NCBI GenBank assembly: GCA_965644265.1
Contig: OZ286477.1
Location: 20,026,001-20,090,000, forward strand
Length of the DNA stretch: 64,000 nucleotides
DNA from: Glycera tridactyla
Lineage: Eukaryota
Reading direction: 5' to 3'
In this document: positions 12,501 to 24,819 of the stretch, in pieces
Layout of the letters: the number at the start of each line of letters is the position of its first letter
Numbering within the stretch: the first letter of the stretch is position 1
Position numbers and translations under genes: made by a program
The notes under the pieces: model-generated
The model's database searches: none
Told to the model about the DNA's origin: nothing
What the model saw: the letters and a program-made list of their open reading frames with translations, nothing else

Positions 12501-14649
12501 TACTCATAGGGTCCATTATATGCAGCTACTGTACACTTGAAACAAACAGCACACATTCTGGACTGAGATACCGTAAACATCATCAACAAATTGCACAAGT
12601 GTGCTCTGAATTTCCGTCAATTTCCATCAGTCTAGAAAGCCTTGTCCAAATATCAAGTTCATTATTCAATGTCCGCATATTAAGTTGCTCAATTGATGTG
12701 AAACAGACGAAATTTGAAATGTGGGTGAAATGAAAAAAAGTGATTTCAACATTTTTGGACCTGTGTCTCCATGTGTCTCCATGCCAAATTTACACAATGA
12801 TCGGGTCTCCTCTTCTCCCTATTTGCTGTGTTCCGCTACACTTTATGTCATGAGATGGTTTCATTTGTTGATGGTTTGTTGTCACAGCATTATCCTTATG
12901 CACATTGCTGAGTGACTATTGTCAGCTGGCCTGAAGATGACAGTCTTGTATATCCTCATGTTATCAGACTTGGCTGTCAGCTTCCAGCCAGTCATAAGGC
13001 TAGCTAGACCATACTTCACTTTCTCAGCTGCCTGTTAGGAAAGTAGAGGTGTGTACTGTCAGCTACTTCTACTTCACAACATCCCTCCTTCCTCATACTC
13101 TTTGTTCAGGGTTTGTTAGAGTGATGCCTGCAGGGGATGGAGTATCCTGCCCCATGAAATTCAGGAACACACAATATGGGTAATCATTTGGATTGATAAA
13201 TTCTGTTAAACATCAATCAATCGAACAATCTCAGCCTGCTCATGCTGAATGAGTACCACATTACTGGCATACAAATGTTTTATTATTTGGAGTGAGTGAA
13301 TATTGATGAGTGTAAATCAGTCCTCAGTTGAAATCAGTGACAACAACTGTGGCAATGTTGAAGCCTATTTTTAGTTACCATATCTTTCATTTGAGGAGAT
13401 TTAACACTTAGTTGTGTTGAAATGTAGAAGTCTTTTTTTCACATTGAATCTTCATACAGACCAGATTACACTAAATAATGGCTGAATGGAGAATAATTTT
13501 GATGTCTACTCAGTTTGAAAATAGAATATGTGGCCACATTTATACTCCTTTGATGTATCAGGTTCGTAATTTGCAAATTCGCGGCCAAAATGGCCAAGTG
13601 GAGAATAATTTTGATGTTCATCCTGTTTGGAAGTAGAATATTGGGCCATATTTATACTTCCTTGATGTATTATGTTTGTAATAGACAGCCTAGAATGGAG
13701 GGATGACCATATTGCCAAACTGATCTCAGCTGAGTGATTGTTGGCTTGGTACAGCAGGTGGTCACTAATCACCAATTATCTACTTCATATACTTCATATA
13801 CAAGGTCATCTGCTGTACAAGACATCATATACTATGTCCATGTTGCTTACTGCATTTGTTGGAGTGAAATGTTAAAATGTTTGGTTTTTGTCAGGGAAAC
13901 AAAATCTGTCAAATATGGCATGTGTATGTGGTCAAATGAACAGAAAGTCTGCCAGATTATTGAGGGACTTTCATTGCAGAAATTTTTAATATCAGTGTAT
14001 TNNNNNNNNNNNNNNNNNNNNNNNNNNNNNNNNNNNNNNNNNNNNNNNNNNNNNNNNNNNNNNNNNNNNNNNNNNNNNNNNNNNNNNNNNNNNNNNNNNN
14101 NNNNNNNNNNNNNNNNNNNNNNNNNNNNNNNNNNNNNNNNNNNNNNNNNNNATAATAAGTGATATTGTGCCATATCTGTATTTATTCTGGGTAACTCAGA
14201 TCCAAGGCTGATCTTGACTGGTTTTATTCCTGCATCCATTTGCATCTTGTGACTGACCATTCTTTGTTTTTGTTCACCATGTGTTTATGTATTCATAACT
14301 ATCTGATAAAAATGATACATTCTATGAAGTATTTATAGGCAATAAACATTTTCTTACATAAATTTTCCTCGTTGATTTGTGGTTGTTGATGGTGTTGCCG
14401 TGCATATTTTTCTGGTTAGCATATGTCATTACTCCGGTTCATTTTGCTTCAACAGCGATGGGACTTTCACTTGACAACCTTCTTGACTCTGCATCATCTT
14501 GTGTTCAGGGTCTGTAAGAGTGATGCCTACAGGGAAGAATGCATCCACACTCATGTATCTTGATTACATTGCAATCATAAGACCGGATATTTTAGCATTT
14601 TTTTGGACATAAATTAAGTGATGAGTGTGTCTATGAAATATTCATAACC

Positions 14650-15530
14650 CCAGAGATGTATTTTAATGTCTATATCAAAGATTGACTCATTACTCTCGAC
14701 TATGCCGAACCCTATTTGAATGTGGACGATACAGCTATCGTGGTAAAATGCAAAAATCCTGAATTATGGCATCAAAACTTAATCATGTTCGAAAACTGAA
14801 TGAAATGCTTAAAGCAAAACAGCTGACGCTTGATAGCGAGAAAACCGAATTAGTTTACTCTGCAACTAGATCAGATACTCGTGGGTATAAAGGAATGAAT
14901 ATCATCTGGAACCATGACCAAATTATTCCACTTCTGATCAAATACCTAGCAAGCACACACTCGGCCATACATTGAATTTCTATAAACGTATTCGTGAAAT
15001 TGTGAATCAGATTGAATATAAGACGAGGCTACTGTGGAATATTAGACGCTTCATCAGTTTTAAAATATCAATCACACTATTTAGGACCCATATTAGACCA
15101 CACTTAGCACTATTGCATAAGGATTTACGACGCCCTTAGTATTACAAGTTAAACAAAAACCATGCTTTGCGCGCAGTTGGGCATTGATGGCCTGGCTCCG
15201 GCCGTTTTCTTTTGATCAGGCTGTGGAGTCTGATAATTCCGGTGAGACGTGGATGGTGCAGTGATGGTCATTGTTGGATGGTGTCACCCCGCCATCAGGT
15301 GTCGCCAGTCAAAGCAAACTATCCTGTGTCTTATTTTGACGCATATTATAAAGTGGAAGACAGCAAATCGCTAATCGCTGAACTTGAAGAAAACTAAATT
15401 AATGGTAGTTGGAATGTCAGTACGACGCAATGAATTTAGTGATTCATCTCCATCTCAACTACTGAAGATAATGTGACAATAAAAACAGTTGACAATATGA
15501 GGTATTTAGGCGATGTTCAGGGCACTCTCT
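14650..15530 (+). mobile_element. Degenerate CR1/L2-type LINE reverse transcriptase fragments
   Basis: NVDDTAIV (YADD-like), LTLDSEKTE and LFRTHIRPHL, then a second piece W..NR*SLNLKKTKLMV...TVDNMRYLG; stops and frameshifts throughout. Confidence 0.7.
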
Positions 15531-15624
15531 AAACTCGTCATCATGAAAGGTATATTTGAGTTACTATTACTTGCACTGAGACTGATGATCTCCGTTCACA
15601 CATGATGCCTACCAGTAAAAGAAA

Positions 15625-15955
15625 TGACACCACTAAGCCCCCCCCCCCCCCCCCCCCCCCCCGTGGGGTGCCCGGGGAAGAATTGGCCACACGCTTCCCT
15701 GCGTGTCGTAAGAGGCGACTAAATGGACATCGCAGAAATGGCGCCCTTGAGTGTCTGTGAATTTCATGAATTTTTCCCTTCCATTTGGGACCCAGAATGA
15801 GGAGTCTAGGAAGATCCCACCCATGTCCATTGTGCAGCGCATTTGGGACCCAGAAGGAGGAGCCTTCAATGACTTCAATGTCCATTGAATAGGCATCACA
15901 ATGTAGCACAAATGGAGTTGACGTGACGTTAAACCAGAACCAACCAAGCAACCAA
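15625..15955 (+). mobile_element. SINE-like element
   Basis: Core GCGTGTCGTAAGAGGCGACTAAA (recalled as the conserved Nin/Deu-type SINE domain, unverified), tail gacgtgacgttaaa plus (CCAA)n; the tail segment recurs at about 62320-62370. Confidence 0.6.
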
Positions 15956-17560
15956 CCCGTTGTTTACCCCAATGTCCCTCGGCGATACCCGGTCATGATA
16001 AGTTATTTGCTATGAACTTTATTTACACTCGAACAACAGTATGCTGGGAAAGCTATATGTCTAGATTACATCCTGTATGCAACTTGCACTTTCTATCACG
16101 TTGTTAGATTATTTACATACACGATTGTGCAGTTTTTGCAGTATGGGAGGATCTCTGTGTGGTAGAGACAATCCTATATAATATTACTGCAGCAGTCAGA
16201 CACGGAGCTGACAAATGACACACATATACACCATCCCTGTACTGTGTCCACTTATGACACTGGCTAATCTACCCAATAATCTCAATTTTTAACGATTTTT
16301 ATCCGGGTATATTCATATGGTGCTCAAATATCAGACACAACTCTATTTTTCCACCGTGGTATGTAGTAAGAGGCACCTGTTTCATTTGGTCACCCCCATG
16401 TATGATCTTCATATCATGATTGATTCTGGAGTCGAATAGCATATAGGTCGTCTCGTTATCTTCAGAGAAAGCCTGCTTGTCATTAGCCAATGAGACACTT
16501 TTTAAAAATTCGTCGTTGGTTTCCAATTCTGCTGGACTGTCATCTGAAAATTGCCGTGTCATCTGCACACAAATTCATCCATTATTCTCTAGAGCTAACG
16601 GTAGATTATTCATGTATAGGGTGGAAACATCGGCCCTAAAATGGACCCTGGGCGTACACCACGCGCACAAGTAAATGGTACTCTTCCGGGCGGATAGGAA
16701 TCCACTTACAACTTTTCTAATTAAACGAGCGTCTCAACATAACTCAAATGGTCCTCACAAGGCCTTGAACAAACAAACAACCATTGTCATAATTTACCTC
16801 TCCCTTCATCTCGAAGGCCAGGATATCCAGTTGAACCTGTATCAAACAGTCAACTTCTATGAGCAGTAACTTATGAATCCTAGCTTGAAATGTTCCCTAT
16901 ACCTTATATGTATCTAATAACCACATGTCTTATTTAGTTTGTTCAAAAGCATATTTACGTTTGGCAATACAATCAAAAACTGTCCATCATATCCGTCTTC
17001 GGTTTAACTATATCAGCAACCACTGTCTGCCTGTCCGATGGCCGTTGTAACGAAATGAAATGAAATGAATTGGACAGGCTCATAACATATAAGTGTGATT
17101 AGCTGAAATCTTTTTTTCTTCTAACAAATACACACACACATGCAGTTATGAAACTGAAGATATTTGTACATCTTGAATGTCAGTGATGTTTTCTGCTGCT
17201 TGCTTTACGGTAGAAGTATATTTATTACATTTGCATCTACACCCACATTCATACGGAGGATAAAATGATCCACAAGTACTCATGTTCGGCCTTTTCATGT
17301 AAGAATACTGCCTGGTAAACGACCATATACATATCCACCTGGCATGTGTCAAACAAATCATCATCAGTATTTACACTAGTGTATGTGTTTCTATGGTCAT
17401 AGTTGGGGGAGGGGGGGTATTATCTGCAACATATGCCCATTTGATGAGTAAACTCACACCTTGTGAGCTCGGCACCAGGTCAGTAGCTAAATATTATGGT
17501 TAACCCTTCGTTCATTGAGACCAGTTGGACGATAGCTATTGAGGGTTCAGACCATGTATA

Positions 17561-18470
17561 GAAGTTGCCAGGTTCAAGCCACTGCACCTAGTGGCCATAG
17601 TACACTTATCTCCCCGGTCTGGCCTATATAGAAGCTGCCAGGTTCATGCCACTGCACCTAGTGGCCATAGTACACTTATCTCCCCGATCTGGCCTATATA
17701 GAAGCTGCCAGGCTCAAGCCACTGCACCTAGTGGCCATAGTACACTTATCTCCTCGATCTGGCCTATATAGAAGCTGCCAGGTTCAAGCCACTGCACCTA
17801 GTGGCCATAGTACACTTATCTCCCCGATCCGGCCTATATAGAAGCTGCCAGGTTCAAGCCACTGCACCTAGTGGCCATAGTACACTTATCTCCCCGGTCT
17901 GGCCTATATAGAAGCTGCCAGGTTCAAGCCACTGCACCTAGTGGCCATAGTACACTTATCTCCCCGATCTGGCCCATATAGAAGCTGCCAGTTTCAAGCC
18001 ACTGCACCTAGTGGCCATAGTACACTTATCTCCCCGGTCTGGCCTATATAGAAGCTGCCAGGCTCAAGCCACTGCACCTAGTGGCCATAGTACACTTATC
18101 TCCCCGATCTGGCCTATATAGAAGCTGCCAGGTTCAAGCCACTGCACCTAGTGGCCATAATACACTTATCTCCCCGATCTGGCCTATATAGAAGCTGCCA
18201 GGCTCAAGCCACTGCACCTAGTGGCCATAGTACACTTATCTCCCCGATCTGGCCTATATAGAAGCTGCCAGGTTCAAGCCACTGCACCTAGTGGCCATAA
18301 TACACTTATCTCCCCGATCTGGCCTATATAGAAGCTGCCAGGCTCAAGCCACTGCACCTAGTGGCCATAGTACATTTATCTCCCCGATCTGGCCTATATA
18401 GAAGCTGCCAGGTTCAAGCCACTGCACCTAGTGGCCATAATACACTTATCTCCCCGATCTGGCCTATATA
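17561..18470. repeat. Minisatellite, 70 bp x 13
   Basis: gaagctgccaggttcaagccactgcacctagtggccatagtacacttatctccccgatctggcctatata. Confidence 0.97.
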
Positions 18471-18887
18471 CAGGCAACTGGTAAATCATTCGAGAGCTTG
18501 CTTGCTCTAACGTAAGGTTTGCCTGTGACTTTTATCTCAAAAGTTTATCATGCAAAAGTCAATAGACCCCGAGAGGTCATATTACATGCTATTGCAAGCC
18601 TAGCGGCTGCCTGATTGATCAACAGAGCATAAAAAGAAGAAAATCACAATCCACAACATACAGTGTGCAATAATCACAATATATATAGCATCCCAATTGG
18701 AGCTGCTTGGCAGCTGGCCGTCAGGTGGCAGGTGGCTGCATGATATGCACAGTGGGAATAGTTCCCTGATATACATTTCCTGTAACCTGATTCCTGAAGA
18801 TCTGTATTTACATATATTATTGAGACGTGTCCGAGAGTCAAGTGGCACATTAAAAAACATTGCTATCAGGCTTGTTTTTCATGCGCC

Positions 18888-18998
18888 TGTCAGCTACTTC
18901 CACTTGATAACCTTTCAGGTTCCCCATCATCTTGTGTTCAGTTCACAGTTCGTGAGAGAGATGTCTAGCTTTCATTGACCAGGAACATACGGCATACA
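18888..18998 (+). repeat. Dispersed repeat family (copies at about 13057-13175, 14480-14560, 18888-18998 and 51246-51368)
   Basis: Shared tgtcagctacttc...catc.tcttgtgttcagg...gagtgatg.ctgcagg...ccaggaaca. Confidence 0.75.
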
Positions 18999-20234
18999 CT
19001 CTAGAGTTGATACATGCCTTTGAACCTAACAAGCAAACACGCATCTTGGTGACTATCCTTCAGACGGAGGCTGGTGGTCAGATGGCTCATCTAATAAATA
19101 TATTGGTGGAGGCATCTGGTGGTCAGATGGTTCACCTTGGTTACTTTGGTCCTACAGGGGTCACTATTACACCGACTAATGTCATCTGGTGGATAGGTGA
19201 TATCCAACACTAATTTGGATCCTGTTGAATTTTCCAATCGTGCCTAGCGGTTAGGCTGGATGCACAGGCTGCACTATAGAACCGAAGGCTGCAAGTTCAT
19301 GTAAATTTATGCAAGTTCAGCGAGGTGATACATCTTGAGACAAGTTTCCTTTAAAAAGGGGGCCGGCGTGAAGTTGAATAATGGGTGGTGATGCCAGTGG
19401 TATTGTAGTGGTGGTGGTGAAAATGGCGGTGGTGGTGCCAGGCGGGCTCAGTCCTCTCTTCCATCTCTCTGTTGCGCTGACAGTTCAGGAACTGGGTAAG
19501 AAATCAACCAATCCATCAGTAAATCAATCATCGATCGATCAATCCATTCATCAATCAATCCCTGAACATGCATCCTTTCTCATGGCCTACAGGCCTGGTT
19601 TTTCATTCACCAATCTCCGTCAATCCTTCACCCGTCATGCCCGACGGAGTAAGTAAGTGACTAAGTAATCCATCCTTCCATGCATGTATCTACATCCACC
19701 CCCTCACTCTGCCCCTTAATCTCTCCCTCTTATATCTCCCCTTTCTAATCAAATGTCCATGCGTCATAGTTTATCAATTACTGTGTCTCTCTGCCGGTCA
19801 CTAGTTGGTCAATATCCGCAGATGAGCTGTAGCCGTGGTCGTACATCCATCTGTCGGGGTACTGGCCAGACGGGCTTCACTTCCACCACCTTATTGCAGC
19901 TCGTCTGAGATGACAGCCTGCTTATCTGTGACTTTCATATCATGTGCTCCTAGGAAGCACATCAGTAGTGGCACGTGCTCAAATATATGAGCTACAGCAT
20001 AGGGCCATTGACTGAGTGTTGACTGCTAATTAATCAACAAAAGAGAAATTGCTTTCGTTTACTCGTTCCATTTATTCCCTCCTTCAATAGGTCCTGAACA
20101 CAGAATTTCAAGCCGTTGGAATCCGGCAGAATTGATGTCATACCTGAATAATGGGCGTGACATTCCACCTAGGTGCTCACTTTCCGACTCCCATTGGAAG
20201 AGTTCATGTGTATCCGAGGGGAGATAGCAAAGCC

Positions 20235-20520
20235 CACGTGAGTCAGCCAATCAGAGAAGACCTCATATATGGATTATCATGGACTATCTTAATTTGCATA
20301 TTACATGACTTGGTAAACCAATGAGACTTCACCAAGGGGAAGTACTGAGCGACAAAGTGGGTTAGATCAGACCCTGAACTGAGGTAAGCTATTCCTTTGC
20401 TTCTTGAGTGGACCACCTCGCTACTCAACCCATCTGACGCCTGGTTCGTCCCGTTCAATCAATCAATGAATCAATCAATCAAATTGCTAGTGACGTCATC
20501 TAGCGTGCCATTTGACGTCA
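20235..20520. promoter_or_regulatory. Cluster of transcription-factor consensus sites (candidate enhancer or promoter)
   Basis: CACGTG at 20235, TGAGTCA at 20239, AGCCAATCAG at 20245, ATTTGCAT at 20292, TGACGTCA at 20491 and 20513. Confidence 0.4.
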
Positions 20521-20849
20521 CAGCGGATCCTGCAGATGGGGTGTGCGACTTCACCTACTATTCAGCAGGGAATCAGCCCTGTAGTGCCGCAAACTGCAAG
20601 TTATCCAACCTAACATTAGCTCTCCAACCGATCTGCATCTCACAGTCAAACATTTATTGCTCGACTGTAGAAAACTATCGCAAACTAGAGTAAGGTATTA
20701 CACTGGTGAAAATATGACACAACTTTTCATGAAGGTCGATCCAACAGACATATTTGATTATTTGCATGAATTGGGAATATTTAGACAAATATGAATCGTG
20801 TGCATGCTGACTCAGTGCATGCCGACTGGGATATCAAAGGCCGGCCGTG

Positions 20850-21020
20850 TATTTAGGAGCCTTTTCCTTTACGCACGTTAAAGATCCACTGCTGTCTTTC
20901 GCAAAGAGTAGGGACGGCCCCTGGCAGGCAGTGACTCTTTTCTTCAGCATTTTCAGTTTTTTCAGTCCGATATAACCCAAGCGGGTTTAAGTGACGTTAA
21001 ACTCAAACAAACAAACAATC
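20850..21020 (+). mobile_element. SINE-like element 3' half
   Basis: gcacgttaaagatcc...gcaaagagtagg core, tail gtgacgttaaa plus (CAAA)n. Confidence 0.5.
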
Positions 21021-22424
21021 ATGTCACGGGGAAGTGTTAGATTGGATGATATCGAGACGGACGGTCTGATGTGTGGACGGATATATTTACACATACATCT
21101 TCCGAGATATTCATAGAGCAATTCAACTGAGGCTGGCTGTCTATCCACCCGTCCATCAAACCATCCAGCTACCTATCCATACACGCATTTGGATCAGAGC
21201 TCACGATTATATAATGAACTGAAGTCATCGAGTCAAACGCATGAAACATATACATGAATGTATCGATGAACATTCTCCATCACTGCGTTTTCGTGGAGGT
21301 TGTATCTGAACAGGGTATCACAAATAAGACGTATGATGTCATGACTAGTACATGTAGTTGATGGCTTATGCACTCGGTATAGAACATGGACAGCGATTAT
21401 TCCTCACCTCCTAAGATCTCTTAAGGAATGAGATCCACCGATTCCGAGAGGTGTCCCAACGATATTTTTCAGAACCGTGGTGGTTGTGGTAGTGATAATG
21501 GTAGTAGTGGTGGTGGTGGTAGTGGTGGTGGTGCTGGCAGTGCAGGCAGAAGTCACTCGAAATACAACAAATTAATACTGACTGAGAGTTGGATTTCCAA
21601 AATGGACTTTTTAAATGAAACACGAAATACGAAATAAATCTGTATTAGTCATGGTAGACATTGATGAACTGAACAATCATGAAAATGGTTTAACTGCCTT
21701 AAATGACAGTGGCTCAAAATATGGATCATTTCATGACGAGGTCTAGTGACTTGAACTATGATAGTCCAAAATATGAATTATCAAATTGGGGGCATTTTCT
21801 AATGGAACTATCAATCGACCACAGTGGACATACGAGCACATGAACATATTAATAATCCATACAAAGCGGATAGACCTCCACAACATCCCTACCAGGTTAC
21901 CATCTATCGGCACGCCGAAGAAACTCTTAAAATATGTCCTTTTTTGTCATCTTAACTGCAGTCCCAAGCGGGAGTGGTAAGAAGAAGGCAGCCTTGCAAG
22001 GCAAGCATCCTTAAATAGCGATGGGAATATATTGTGAAAAATATTGTTCATAAAGGTCATAAAAAATGTTGCTAATTGAAAATATGTATGAGTCTTCTGA
22101 AAAATGGAGTCACTTATGACGATGACGAAAGTGAATACATGANNNNNNNNNNNNNNNNNNNNNNNNNNNNNNNNNNNNNNNNNNNNNNNNNNNNNNNNNN
22201 NNNNNNNNNNNNNNNNNNNNNNNNNNNNNNNNNNNNNNNNNNNNNNNNNNNNNNNNNNNNNNNNNNNNNNNNNNNNNNNNNNNNNNNNNNNNNNNNNNNN
22301 NNNNNNNNNNNNNNNNNNNNNNNNNNNNNNNNNNNNNNNNNNNNNNNNNNNNNNNGCCCCTAAGGTCATCCCCCATAATGTCTGGTCAGTATACATGATC
22401 ATGGCAGAATCTCTAGCACCAATG

Positions 22425-23343
22425 TCACGTTATGTTCATCTCTATTATACTACTGACCAGATTAGTAGATGGGAAATCCATGACCACAAAACCGATACAA
22501 GTCTTCCTACTCTGGACGTACGTCTGTAGTTTGCGGTTGATCTTGACTGCAATATCACTCGGATGAGCTAATCTTGAAGCACAGCTGGTGAATGTAGTGT
22601 ATATACCTGGCACTCCACTGGCCTTCTCCTCCAGATGGTTGAGAACTAATGTCCATTTCTGGTTGATATGGTAGTCACGTGATGTGAGAATGTACCAGGT
22701 GTCCTCCAGGTTCATGCGGTCATAATCCACACCCAGTGAAGCCCAGTAATACCGCTCTACCACAACTAGCCGCCCTCGCACGTCTCGTAGCGTCTCCGGC
22801 CATCTCCTCTCCGTCCACAGGCGGTCTGCTGGACAATCTTTTAAATATTTATTGAGGATCTCGTCAAAGCTGTCCCCGTCCCCCTCTCGCAGCCATTCCT
22901 CTTGAATCTGCATGAAGACAGTCTCCGAGGAGTGTGATTGGAGGAAGTGTAGGGTGTCGTTGAGCACGTGGTCAAACGTGAGATGCTGGGAGAAGACGCC
23001 GTGGTGCAGGACAAACTCGTTATTGACGACGCGGCAGCGGATGTCGACATAACGCACCCCTGCCAGGTATTGGTCAGCCAGCGACCAGGCCTGTGTGCGC
23101 ACGAAGCCACCGCCATACCCCATATAGGTCATAGACTGGTGAGTCCCGGGTACACTCAGATCATCTATCCGGGTAGAGTCACTCACTTTACTCATCCACG
23201 ACGGATTCAGACCATCTGGATTCGGTGTAGAACTTGGTGTTCGCACAAATGGATAGCTCCTCTGAATAAATGTCCTCAATTTATCGGTGGATTCGGTCAC
23301 ATTGATCGGGGAGGCCTCGGAGATTAGCGTCAAACAGGTAGCT
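22425..23343 (-). CDS. PI-PLC catalytic exon (whole domain, no introns)
   Basis: Corresponds to the 302-aa ORF 23333-22425, which starts at a TTG; the real boundary is the acceptor at 23344. Confidence 0.92.
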
Positions 23344-24819
23344 CTGAAACAGACAAAAAATCCAGTCGTAATAATCGGAGAATTCCATTACATGGCTCAT
23401 GGTGATTCAACAATATTGAATTTCATCAAGGCGATTCCAAAGTTGTGCGCCACTGACAAAAATATTCTATACTGGATTCATATATAACTCAAAGTATTGT
23501 CGCGTGGATATGCCAGTGGGTGAGCGCATGTAGATTCTGTTAATTGTTAGCGGGGGAGCACATTGATGTAAGTTGTTTGGCTACATTAAGAGACTCATAC
23601 AACTGGTGGGATCATTCAAGGCTCCCGCTTCTGGGTCCCCAGGGGACGGTGAGATGATATGAAATTTGCAGAAACACATTTGATCGAGGGTCAGACATCC
23701 TGATTTCACAAAGATATATATCTAGACCCGTGATCCGAAAGAAAGGATACATGGTAAAAGGATCGATTGATTACCCTGTATATGACCTGTCTGCGCGAAC
23801 CTGGGATGTGATATACCTGGTCATGTATTCAGGAGCATGTGAGAGACAGTTGCTGTATCCCCGTGGCATAACAAAGACGGACCTTAAATACAGATGGTGG
23901 GGGAAATTCTGACAAACGGTTCGGCAGCTGTCACGAAAAACATGAATTGAGAAGATATTTCTAAGACCCTCCACTTCCAAAAAAAGACGAAGAGACATTC
24001 CCAGTCCGAGGAAGCATAATACAATCAATGTCTGCATATTCTCCTGCATCATTTATCTATTCATTCATTCATTCATTTATGATTCAATTTGTCTAATCGT
24101 TCCTTTGTTTATTCGTTTGTTCGATCGTTTATTTATTGATTAATTGGTTATCTCCTTTACTCATCAATTGATCTATTAATTGATTTATTCCTGCATAGAT
24201 GCAAGCATCCGTCCGTCCAAACATTCATTCATCCATCCATGCATCCAAGCATTCATTGATTCATTCATTCGTTGGTCTATACGTTCATTCGTTTATCTAT
24301 TTATCTATTCAGTTATTTATTTATTTATATATTCATTTATTTATGCATACATTTATTTATCTATTCTTTCCATTCATTCATACAACCATTTATTTATTCA
24401 TCCATCCACCCACCCACCCACCCATTGATCCATACANNNNNNNNNNNNNNNNNNNNNNNNNNNNNNNNNNNNNNNNNNNNNNNNNNNNNNNNNNNNNNNN
24501 NNNNNNNNNNNNNNNNNNNNNNNNNNNNNNNNNNNNNNNNNNNNNNNNNNNNNNNNNNNNNNNNNNTCCGTCGATCTGTCTGTCNNNNNNNNNNNNNNNN
24601 NNNNNNNNNNNNNNNNNNNNNNNNNNNNNNNNNNNNNNNNNNNNNNNNNNNNNNNNNNNNNNNNNNNNNNNNNNNNNNNNNNNNNNNNNNNNNNNNNNNN
24701 NNNNNNNNNNNNNNNNNNNNNNNNNNNNNNNNNNNCCTCTATCCATCCATTCATTCATTCAAAAATGCCAGGTGGCCAGCAGGGCCAACCTATCCAACTC
24801 ACATCATGAGGCGAAACAT
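22425..24819 (-). CDS. Secreted bacterial-type phosphatidylinositol-specific phospholipase C (PI-PLC X domain), about 311 aa
   Basis: Exon 24819-24803 (ATG TTT CGC CTC ATG AT|gtgagt) joins exon 23343-22425 (ttttttgtctgtttcag|A GCT ACC) to give the signal peptide MFRLMIATCLTLISEA/SP. Motifs: LSVPGTHQS (His32 equivalent), GVRYVDIRCR (Asp67/Arg69), LHHG (His82), ETVFMQIQEE, RGRLVV, FTS, GFVVMDFP (Asp274). Confidence 0.88.
24050..24765. repeat. (ATTC/ATTT/ATCC)n low-complexity tract with gaps, in the PI-PLC intron
   Basis: Read directly. Confidence 0.9.

Noticed and set aside
22841-23327. Overlapping antisense and alternative-frame ORFs in the PI-PLC exon and SNX exon 5
   Set aside because: Shadow ORFs of GC-rich real coding sequence.
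23771-24052. MQTLIVLCFLGLG as the PI-PLC signal exon
   Set aside because: It needs a weak GTCTCT donor. The 24819-24803 exon has a consensus GTGAGT donor in the right phase.
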